Shown here: positions 1-7,464 of the stretch, in pieces | Layout: each line of letters starts with the position of its first letter | Position numbering within the stretch: position 1 is the stretch's first letter | Source of the DNA: an uncultured Planctomycetaceae bacterium | GTDB taxonomy: Bacteria; Planctomycetota; Phycisphaerae; SM23-33 | NCBI GenBank assembly: GCA_964472875.1 | Contig: CAYYMD010000008.1 | Coordinates: forward strand, 2,414 to 66,413 | DNA length: 64,000 nucleotides | Direction of reading: 5' to 3' | Translations under genes and position numbers: made by a program | The notes under the pieces: model-generated | The model's database searches: none | What the model saw: the letters and a program-made list of their open reading frames with translations, nothing else | Told to the model about the DNA's origin: nothing

Positions 1-720
1 ATGCTCAAAAACCCGCCCGGCAAGTCGGCGATGAAAGTCCACGGCCAAAAGTGGGACAAACTCTGGAAGAACCGCAAGGACAAACCTGGTGAACCCATCC
101 GTCATGTTATCCCCGGTCGGTCTGTGGCCGCGGTGGTTAACGCCGCCAACAAGGTTAAGTCGCTCAGCCGGCGGCAAATCCACGACATCTACCGCGACGA
201 AATAACCGACTGGCGGCCGCTGCTGTCCAAACCCAAGGACAAAAAGCCAAGACGCCCGCAGCGTATTAACACCTACGGCCTGCCGTTGCACTCGCCCGAC
301 GCCCGCATGTTCTATGGGCGAATAGCACTGCCGTCCGACGAGGCCCGGTTCACACTCAAGAAGGACGACGCGGCGGTGCTCTCGGCCATGGCCACCGACA
401 CGGATGGCATCGGTTTCGTCAACGCCGCGGTTCTGCCCGACAATCCAGAAGAGGCGGGCGTGAAGGTGCTGGCCATGGGCGCCGGCGGCTCGGCCGTGCG
501 GCCAAGCGCAAAAACGGTTCTGGACAAATCATATCCCCTGGCCGGGCGGATTTACATCTACCTGCATCCCGAGGCCGATGATACGACCCGTGGCTTCGCC
601 GAGTTCATGGCCACATGCGGCCGCCCGGCCGGCAATCCGTATATCGATGTGCCGGAATCCGCCGCCATTGTATACAAGTCCCACGGCCTCCTGCCGCCGC
701 CCGAGCCGGTAAATAAATAG
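1..720 (+). CDS. PstS-family phosphate ABC transporter substrate-binding protein, 5'-truncated by the window edge (C-terminal part only)
   Basis: C-terminal motif SYPLAGRIYIYLHPEAD resembles the YPLSRPLYIYV signature of PstS-like periplasmic binding proteins. The ORF runs off the 5' end of the window. Confidence 0.45.
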   Translation: MLKNPPGKSAMKVHGQKWDKLWKNRKDKPGEPIRHVIPGRSVAAVVNAANKVKSLSRRQIHDIYRDEITDWRPLLSKPKDKKPRRPQRINTYGLPLHSPDARMFYGRIALPSDEARFTLKKDDAAVLSAMATDTDGIGFVNAAVLPDNPEEAGVKVLAMGAGGSAVRPSAKTVLDKSYPLAGRIYIYLHPEADDTTRGFAEFMATCGRPAGNPYIDVPESAAIVYKSHGLLPPPEPVNK

Positions 721-871
721 TATCGCCCGTTCCGTTTATTGATGGTGGATTCATACGGCGACGAGCAAAATCACCGCCACCTGTTGACCCCCGAAGTGTT
801 GTATAATCATCGGGAAGTAGGTATAGTAAAAACCGTAGACTGTCCGGAAAATATTACCGAAAGGAAAATCC

Positions 872-2257
872 ATGGATTCCTCAAAAAACATGCAGGAAAG
901 AAAAATCACGCGTCGGAAGTTCAATGCGGCCGTGGCCGCGGCGGCAACCGTTTCCATCGTACCCAGGCACGTCCTGGGCGCCGGCCATAAGGCACCCAGC
1001 GACAAGTTGAACATTGCAGGTGTCGGCGTCGGCGGCATGGGCGGCGGGAACATCCGCGCAAGCAGGGGGGAGAACATTGTCGCTCTGTGCGACGTGGACT
1101 CAAAATACGCCGGAAAGACGTTCAAGAAATATCCTAAGGCCAAAAAGTATGAAGATTACCGCGTCATGCTCGAAAAGCAGAAGGACATCGACGCCGTGGT
1201 CGTCGCCACGCCCGATCACACGCACGCGGTGATAACGATGGCCGCCATGCAGATGGGCAAACACGTCTTCTGCCAGAAGCCGCTGACCCATACCGTTCAC
1301 GAGGCCCATGCGATAGCCGAGGCGGCCAAAAAGTACAAGGTTCAAACGCAGATGGGCAACCAGGGGCATTCATCCGAACGTATACGCATGCTCAAGGAAT
1401 GGGTAAACGCTGGTGTTTTCGGCGATATCAGGGAGGTTCACGCCTGGAGCGACAGGCCCATCGGCAAGCCCTGGTACGCGAATTTCGCCGTGAAGGAACT
1501 GCCGAAGGGCAAGCATAAATGTCCGGATCACCTTGACTGGAATTTGTGGATAGGCCCGCAGAAATACCGCCCGTATGATCCGGCCTATCACCCGTTCATG
1601 TGGCGGGCCTGGCTCGATTTCGGCACGGGCGCCCTGGGCGACATGGGCTGCCACATACTGGACCCCGCCTTCTGGGCGCTGGAACTGGGATACCCAAAGA
1701 GCATACGGGCGGAAGTCGAGCATGTAAAACCCGAACTGGCCGACGAGGTCTTCCCGATATCGTCGAAACTGGTATACGAGTTTCCCGCCCGCGGAAAGTT
1801 GCCGCCGGTGACGCTGAAATGGTTCGACGGGCACTTCGAGGTTCCAAGGCCCGAAGAACTCGAGAAAGGCAGAAAACTCGACGCCAGCGGCGCGGTTATT
1901 TATGGCCGGAAGGCCGTCGCCAAGCATGGCTCCCACGGGGCCAGCGGGCTTAGAATTATACCCGAATCGAAGATGAAGGAAATGATACCTTCCCTGCCGG
2001 ACAAGACAATACCGCGCGTGCCGGGCGGCATGGGCGGCCACGTGCAGGACTGGATACGCGCCTGCAAGGACGGCAAACCCGCCAGTTCGAACTTCGGCTA
2101 CGGCGGCCCGCTGACCGAGATGGTGCTCCTGGGCGTGCTGGCGATGCGGCTGCCCGGCAAGACGCTGCAGTGGGACGCCAGGAACAGAAAGTTCACCAAC
2201 AGCGACAAGGCCAACGAACTGCTGCATATAGATTACCGCGACGGATGGAAGCTGTAA
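872..2257 (+). CDS. Gfo/Idh/MocA-family oxidoreductase with twin-arginine (TAT) signal peptide
   Basis: N-terminus RRKFNAAVAAAATVSIVP is a TAT motif. It is followed by a Rossmann GxGxxG-like region and a HAWSDRPIGKPWY-type Gfo/Idh/MocA core. RBS AAGGAA lies 7 nt upstream of the ATG. Confidence 0.85.
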   Translation: MDSSKNMQERKITRRKFNAAVAAAATVSIVPRHVLGAGHKAPSDKLNIAGVGVGGMGGGNIRASRGENIVALCDVDSKYAGKTFKKYPKAKKYEDYRVMLEKQKDIDAVVVATPDHTHAVITMAAMQMGKHVFCQKPLTHTVHEAHAIAEAAKKYKVQTQMGNQGHSSERIRMLKEWVNAGVFGDIREVHAWSDRPIGKPWYANFAVKELPKGKHKCPDHLDWNLWIGPQKYRPYDPAYHPFMWRAWLDFGTGALGDMGCHILDPAFWALELGYPKSIRAEVEHVKPELADEVFPISSKLVYEFPARGKLPPVTLKWFDGHFEVPRPEELEKGRKLDASGAVIYGRKAVAKHGSHGASGLRIIPESKMKEMIPSLPDKTIPRVPGGMGGHVQDWIRACKDGKPASSNFGYGGPLTEMVLLGVLAMRLPGKTLQWDARNRKFTNSDKANELLHIDYRDGWKL

Positions 2258-2442
2258 TTTGGCAGTCAGATTCCGCCGGTAAATCGATAATATAAGGCAT
2301 GGGGTTCTCGTGCGCCGACTCGTCGGCGGCTTCGGTGTATCACCGGCGTCGTCTTCGTCTTAGTGGGTCTTAACTACATGCCGAAGCAAATCTGCGGAAC
2401 GTTCCTTCAATGGTGCTGGCCGGATATTTATTCATGATTTTC

Positions 2443-2480
2443 TTGCGTTGTGGATACGCCTGTTATATAATTCGTTATAT
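2443..2480 (+). promoter_or_regulatory. Putative sigma70 promoter of the ars operon overlapped by a 16-bp perfect palindrome, the candidate ArsR operator
   Basis: TTGCGT (2443-2448) is followed after 17 nt by TATAAT (2466-2471). The palindrome ATATAA-TTCG-TTATAT (2465-2480) overlaps the -10 box and sits about 55 bp upstream of the arsR start. Confidence 0.5.
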
Positions 2481-2534
2481 GGCGAAGTATAATAATAAAA
2501 ACGCACCGATAACACGAACACGAGGATTCGCCCC

Positions 2535-2897
2535 ATGAGAGAGTTCCTGGCAATCACCAAGGCGTTGTCGGATGAAAACCGCGTGCGGGCGTTGATGGCC
2601 CTTGCCGGGGGAGAACTGTGCGTGTGTCAGATAATCGAGTTACTCGGCCTTGCGCCCTCGACGGTCTCCAAGCACATGGCCGTCCTGCACCAGGCCGGAC
2701 TTGTCGAGACTCGCAAGGACGGCCGGTGGATTTACTATCGTCTGGGCGGCGAACCGGGCTCATCGTGTGCGGCCAGGGTGTTAAGCGCAGCGCAGGAGTG
2801 CCTGGGCAAAGACAAGCGGATTCGCGAAGACGCCGGGCGAATCAAGGCCATCCGAAAAAAGAAGCCGAAAGATTTATGCGCGCGCTATCACAATTAA
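2535..2897 (+). CDS. arsR: ArsR/SmtB-family metalloregulatory repressor
   Basis: The winged-HTH ELCVCQIIELLGLAPSTVSKHMAVLHQAGLV includes the ELCVC metal-binding motif. The gene heads the arsC-acr3 operon. Confidence 0.9.
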   Translation: MREFLAITKALSDENRVRALMALAGGELCVCQIIELLGLAPSTVSKHMAVLHQAGLVETRKDGRWIYYRLGGEPGSSCAARVLSAAQECLGKDKRIREDAGRIKAIRKKKPKDLCARYHN

Positions 2898-2907
2898 GGA
2901 GGCGAAA

Positions 2908-3348
2908 ATGAACAGGAAACTTAAGGTGCTGTTTTTATGCACGGGCAACTCGTGCCGGTCGCAGATGGCCGAGGGCTGGGCCAGGGCGCTGAAGGGCGGC
3001 GTAATCGAGGCCTACTCGGCCGGGATTGAAACGCACGGCCTGAACCCAAATGCGGTCAGTGTCATGCGCGAGACCGGCGTTGATATCTCCGGCCATCGGT
3101 CCAAGAACGTGCAGGAACTGGAGCACGTGCCGTTCGATTACGTGGTTACGGTCTGCGACAGCGCGCACGAGTCCTGCCCCGTCTTCGGCGGCGATGCGAA
3201 GGTGGTCCACGTGGGCTTCGACGACCCGCCACGACTGGCCGCCGGGGCGCAAAGCGAACAGGAGGCCCTGAGCCACTACCGTCGAGTGCGGGATGAGATT
3301 CGCTCTTTCGTGGAAACATTGCCGGAATCACTGGAAAAAACGGGATAA
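2908..3348 (+). CDS. arsC: Arsenate reductase, LMW-PTP/thioredoxin-coupled family
   Basis: P-loop LFLCTGNSCRSQMAEG (CX5R) and downstream Cys pair VTVCDSAHESCP. RBS AGGAGG lies upstream. Confidence 0.9.
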   Translation: MNRKLKVLFLCTGNSCRSQMAEGWARALKGGVIEAYSAGIETHGLNPNAVSVMRETGVDISGHRSKNVQELEHVPFDYVVTVCDSAHESCPVFGGDAKVVHVGFDDPPRLAAGAQSEQEALSHYRRVRDEIRSFVETLPESLEKTG

Positions 3349-3354
3349 TTTCAC

Positions 3355-4569
3355 ATGACGGATGATGCTTGCATAACAAAAACGCCGAAGGGCCTGGGCG
3401 TATTCGAGAAATACCTGTCCATATGGGTGATTCTCTGCATCGGCGCGGGCATCGCGCTGGGCAGGTTCGCACCTCACCTTGCCAACTCGCTGGACGCCAT
3501 GGCCGTTTACGTGGACGGCGCGCCGGTGGTCTCGATTCCCATCGCCATCTGCCTGTTCCTGATGATGTACCCCATCATGGTGAAGATAGACTTCGCCGAG
3601 ATAATCCGGGCGGGCAGGAACGTCAAGCCCGTCGCCCTGACGCTCTTGGTCAACTGGTGCGTCAAACCTTTCACGATGTACGGCATATCGCTGCTGTTTT
3701 TGGGAACTTTGTTCTACGGTTTTATAGGCCCGGAGGCCGTGGACCACGTAAAGATGCCGCTGGGCATGCACGACCTGCCGGTCGGTGCAACGCACGGGGC
3801 CGGGACTGTGGTCATACACGAAGGGGCAAAGATGCTCCAGGTTCCGCTCTGGCGGAGTTACCTGGCCGGCTGCATCCTGCTCGGCATCGCGCCGTGCACA
3901 GCCATGGTGCTGGTCTGGGGCTACCTTGCTCGCGGCAACGACGGATTGACGCTGGTGATGGTGGCCATAAACTCGCTGACCATGCTGTTCCTTTACGGCC
4001 CGCTGGGCGGCTTTCTGCTCGGCGTCGGCTCTCTGCCGGTTCCCTGGCAGGCCCTGCTGCTGAGTATTTCCATTTACGTGGCCCTGCCCCTGGCGGCCGG
4101 ATATGTTTCCCGAAAGTGGATAATCAGGGCCAGGGGGCGCGACTGGTTCGAGCGCAGATTCCTGCACGTTCTGACGCCGATAACCATCATCGCGCTTCTG
4201 GCCACACTGGTGCTGCTGTTCTCCTTCAAGGGACAGACCATTCTCGCCGAGCCGCAGACCATCCTGTGGATAGCCGTTCCGCTGTTTATCCAGACCACGC
4301 TTATCTTTTCCCTTACATACTTATTGGCAAAGATTCTGCGCATCGAATACGAATTCGCCGCACCTTCGGCGATGATAGGCGCCAGCAATCACTTCGAGGT
4401 GGCCATCGCCACGGCCACAATCCTGTTCGGCCTGTCCAGCGGGGCGGCCCTGGCGACGGTTGTCGGCGTCCTCATCGAGGTGCCGGTGATGCTGATGCTG
4501 GTCAAGATATGTCTCAAGAGCAGGGGATGGTTCGCCGCGCCGGAGGATGTCCCGGCTGCATCTTCCTGA
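3355..4569 (+). CDS. acr3: ACR3-family arsenite efflux transporter, 404 aa with an apparent loop insertion of about 40 aa
   Basis: ACR3 signature segments [13 protein letters not shown] and [17 protein letters not shown], with multiple TM helices. The extra segment [42 protein letters not shown] is not typical of ACR3 proteins of about 350 aa. Confidence 0.85.
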   Translation: MTDDACITKTPKGLGVFEKYLSIWVILCIGAGIALGRFAPHLANSLDAMAVYVDGAPVVSIPIAICLFLMMYPIMVKIDFAEIIRAGRNVKPVALTLLVNWCVKPFTMYGISLLFLGTLFYGFIGPEAVDHVKMPLGMHDLPVGATHGAGTVVIHEGAKMLQVPLWRSYLAGCILLGIAPCTAMVLVWGYLARGNDGLTLVMVAINSLTMLFLYGPLGGFLLGVGSLPVPWQALLLSISIYVALPLAAGYVSRKWIIRARGRDWFERRFLHVLTPITIIALLATLVLLFSFKGQTILAEPQTILWIAVPLFIQTTLIFSLTYLLAKILRIEYEFAAPSAMIGASNHFEVAIATATILFGLSSGAALATVVGVLIEVPVMLMLVKICLKSRGWFAAPEDVPAASS

Positions 4570-4771
4570 GAGGGTTATTTTTGCACGTCGTGTAACACCA
4601 ATCATCACCCGTAGATTCACGGGGGCCGTCTGCGGTGAAAAAGACAAAAATCACCGGAACTTGTGTATTTCGTGAGTTGTTGTATAAATATCAAAGAACC
4701 TGCTATGGTGATTGTCGGGTAAATTATCCCGGGCACGCCGTTCAAAGTTACTGAACGAGGTATAAGCAAAA

Positions 4772-6094
4772 ATGTCACAAAAAACGGTATCGCGAAGACA
4801 ACTGCTCAAGTCCGTAACCGCGGCGGGCGCGGCCGTGAGCGTACCGACCATCATCCCAACCCGGGCACTGGGCAAGTCAGGTTCTGCGGCTCCCTCCGAA
4901 CGCATAGTCATGGGCGCAATCGGCGTGGGAGGCAGAGGAAGCAGCGATTTGGGATGGCTGCTGCGACAGCATGATGTACAGATGGTTGCGGTTTGCGACG
5001 TGCGTAAAAACTGGCGGAGGGCCGCCAAAAAAATGGTGGACGGGCATTACGGCCGCAAGGATTGCGCTTCGTACCGTGATCTGCGGGTGATGCTTTCCGA
5101 GCGAACGGATATAGACGCCGTGCTCATAGCCACGGGCGACCGCTGGCACGCCCTGGCCTCTATCCTGGCGATGCGGGCCGGCAAGGATGTTTATTGCGAA
5201 AAGCCGTCCTGTCTGACCATCGCCGAGGGCAGGCGGGTTATGGAGACCGCCGGTCGCTATGGCCGCGTGTTTCAGACCGGCGCCCAGCGGCTGAGCGAAG
5301 CGAATCATGTCTTCGCCATTGAGATGGCGCGTTTGGGACGGCTGGGCGAGATTCACACCGTCTACGCCGACTGCCGCTATCGGGGTGGATACCGCCATGA
5401 CTGGTTGCCGGCGCAACCGGAACCGCCCCGGAAGGAACTGGACTGGGACATATGGCTCGGCCCCAGCCCCTGGCGGCCGTACAACAGCGGTTATCTCCGC
5501 GGCGGTAGCGGGTGGTACCAGTTCTACGATTTGGCGACGGATATCGCAATGTGGGGCGCGCATTCGGTCGCGCAGGCCCTGGCCGGACTGGATATGTCGG
5601 ATGTCTCTTTCATTGAGTTTGGATACGGCGGGCCGGGCAAGACGTTGAACACACGCCTTTCTAATGGAGTGAAGCTGGTGCTGTACCGCACGTCCGGCAA
5701 CGTCTGGAAGCCGTGCCGATACTGGCACGGCGCCTGCGGGGAGCGGTTCGACGGTTCGGAAGGATGGGCCGCGGCCGCCGACGGATACGCCAGGCCCGAT
5801 GTTTCCTCGCCTCAGATGCTGCGTCGGTACAAGCAGGTCCTGACGGAATACATGACCCGCACGCAGCGGCCGATGAACCACGTGCGCGATTTCCTCAACT
5901 GCGTCCGGTCGCGCCGCCTTACGGTGGCGAACCCCGAGGTTATGTATCACTCGATGAATATCTGCCTGGCTGCCGATATCTGCGGCCTGGTCCGGCGCGA
6001 CCTGAAGTTTGACTTTCGCAAGGGCGAATTCGTCGGCGATGCGGAGGCCAACCGTATGTTATCCCGCGCGGCGCGACAGCCGTGGATTTTGTGA
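4772..6094 (+). CDS. Gfo/Idh/MocA-family oxidoreductase with TAT signal (tandem paralog 1)
   Basis: TAT motif SRRQLLKSVTAAGAAVSVP and conserved block DAVLIATGDRWHALASILAMRAGKDVYCEKP shared with the downstream paralog. Confidence 0.85.
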   Translation: MSQKTVSRRQLLKSVTAAGAAVSVPTIIPTRALGKSGSAAPSERIVMGAIGVGGRGSSDLGWLLRQHDVQMVAVCDVRKNWRRAAKKMVDGHYGRKDCASYRDLRVMLSERTDIDAVLIATGDRWHALASILAMRAGKDVYCEKPSCLTIAEGRRVMETAGRYGRVFQTGAQRLSEANHVFAIEMARLGRLGEIHTVYADCRYRGGYRHDWLPAQPEPPRKELDWDIWLGPSPWRPYNSGYLRGGSGWYQFYDLATDIAMWGAHSVAQALAGLDMSDVSFIEFGYGGPGKTLNTRLSNGVKLVLYRTSGNVWKPCRYWHGACGERFDGSEGWAAAADGYARPDVSSPQMLRRYKQVLTEYMTRTQRPMNHVRDFLNCVRSRRLTVANPEVMYHSMNICLAADICGLVRRDLKFDFRKGEFVGDAEANRMLSRAARQPWIL

Positions 6095-6120
6095 AGACAC
6101 AAAAATTGGAGTACATAACT

Positions 6121-7431
6121 ATGTCAAAAAAACGAGTAACGCGAAGGCAACTTTTGAAATCCGCCGCCGGAGCAGGTGCGGCCATGGCCGCGCCCGCTAT
6201 CGTACCGGCACGGGTGCTGGGCAAGGGCGGCGCGGTTCCCCCCAGCGAAAAGATCCAACTGGGCGCGATTGGCATCCACAACCGTGGCATGCATGACCTG
6301 CGATGGATTATGGGATACGAAGACGTCCGCATGCTCGCCATATGCGACGTGCAGAAGGTCCAGCGCCAGAGGATTAAAAAATACGTCGATAACCGCTACG
6401 GCAACAGCGACTGCAAAATGTACCCGGAAATTCGGGAATTCCTTGCCGAGCGGACCGACCTCGACGCAGTTCTGATAGCCACGGGCGACCGCTGGCATGC
6501 GCTGGCGTCGATTCTGGCGATGAGGTCCGGAAAGGACGTCTATACCGAAAAGCCGTCCTGCATGACTATAGCCGAAGGACGTGCGGTTGTGGAGACGGCC
6601 AGGCGGTACGGGCGCGTTTACCAGACCGGCACACAACGTCTCAGCGAACCTAATCACGTTTTCTCAATCGAAATGGCGCGGACCGGTCGGCTTGGTCCCG
6701 TCCATACCGCCTACGCCCATATCGGCCCCTGGAACGACGCCTACATGAGCCATGACTGGCGTCCCGCCGCGCCTCAGCCGAGCAAGGAAGAGGTGGACTG
6801 GGATGCGTGGCTGGGACCGTGTCCGTGGCGGCCGTACAATCCGGCCTATGTCCGCGGCGGCTGGCGGGGTTATTACGATTTCCACACCAGTTGCATCGGC
6901 GAGTGGGGCGCTCATACGTTCGCGCAGGCCCAGGCGGGCATAGGATGTTCACACACTTCGCCCGTGGCTTACGAATACGTCAAAAACCGAACCGGCGACG
7001 GTATGGTCTGCCACTTCGCCAACGGCGTGAAGATGATACTGTCCCGCGGCAAGAAATACTGGCACGGTTCGTGCGGCGAACGGTTCGACGGGCCGGAGGG
7101 CTGGGTCGCCGCCGCCGACGGTTACAAACGCCCGGACGTATCCGAGCCGGCTATGCTCGGTGAAATGAAAAAAATAGTGAACGAGTACGCAGCCCGGACC
7201 GGCCGGTCGCTTAACCACATGCGGAACTTTCTCGACTGCGTCAAGAGCCGCCGGCAGACCGTGGCCAATCCTTCCGTCATGCACCATTCGATGACCACGG
7301 TGCACGGGGCCAATATCTGCATGTGGCTCAAACGCGACCTGCGCTACGACCCGGACAAGGAACAGTTTATTAACGATGACGAGGCCAACCGCCTGCGCAG
7401 CCGCGCGATGCGGGAACCTTATATTTATTAA
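6121..7431 (+). CDS. Gfo/Idh/MocA-family oxidoreductase with TAT signal (tandem paralog 2)
   Basis: TAT motif TRRQLLKSAAGAGAAMAAPAI and the block DAVLIATGDRWHALASILAMRSGKDVYTEKP. The start was moved to the ATG at 6121 (MSKKRVTRRQ), which fits TAT-peptide geometry better than the ORF-track start at 6082. Confidence 0.8.
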   Translation: MSKKRVTRRQLLKSAAGAGAAMAAPAIVPARVLGKGGAVPPSEKIQLGAIGIHNRGMHDLRWIMGYEDVRMLAICDVQKVQRQRIKKYVDNRYGNSDCKMYPEIREFLAERTDLDAVLIATGDRWHALASILAMRSGKDVYTEKPSCMTIAEGRAVVETARRYGRVYQTGTQRLSEPNHVFSIEMARTGRLGPVHTAYAHIGPWNDAYMSHDWRPAAPQPSKEEVDWDAWLGPCPWRPYNPAYVRGGWRGYYDFHTSCIGEWGAHTFAQAQAGIGCSHTSPVAYEYVKNRTGDGMVCHFANGVKMILSRGKKYWHGSCGERFDGPEGWVAAADGYKRPDVSEPAMLGEMKKIVNEYAARTGRSLNHMRNFLDCVKSRRQTVANPSVMHHSMTTVHGANICMWLKRDLRYDPDKEQFINDDEANRLRSRAMREPYIY

Positions 7432-7464
7432 TCGCAAGCCGTTATCAGAAAGGATGTTATCGTA

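Noticed and set aside
2311-2330. GCGCCGACTCGTCGGCGGC inverted repeat after the first Gfo/Idh/MocA gene.
   Set aside because: The stem would close on a loop of only 2 nt and there is no U-tract, so it is too weak to call a terminator.
5723-5738. TGGCACGGCGCCTGCG, with a second copy at 7060-7075 (TGGCACGGTTCGTGCG): both perfect sigma54 -24/-12 matches.
   Set aside because: Both lie inside the coding sequence of the tandem Gfo/Idh/MocA paralogs, encoding the conserved YWHG[AS]CGE motif. The match arises from codon constraints, not from a promoter context.
6082-6120. ORF-track start at 6082 for the second tandem Gfo/Idh/MocA gene.
   Set aside because: It overlaps the end of the upstream paralog and would put 13 extra residues before the TAT n-region. 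The ATG at 6121 gives a canonical MSKKRVTRRQLL signal.
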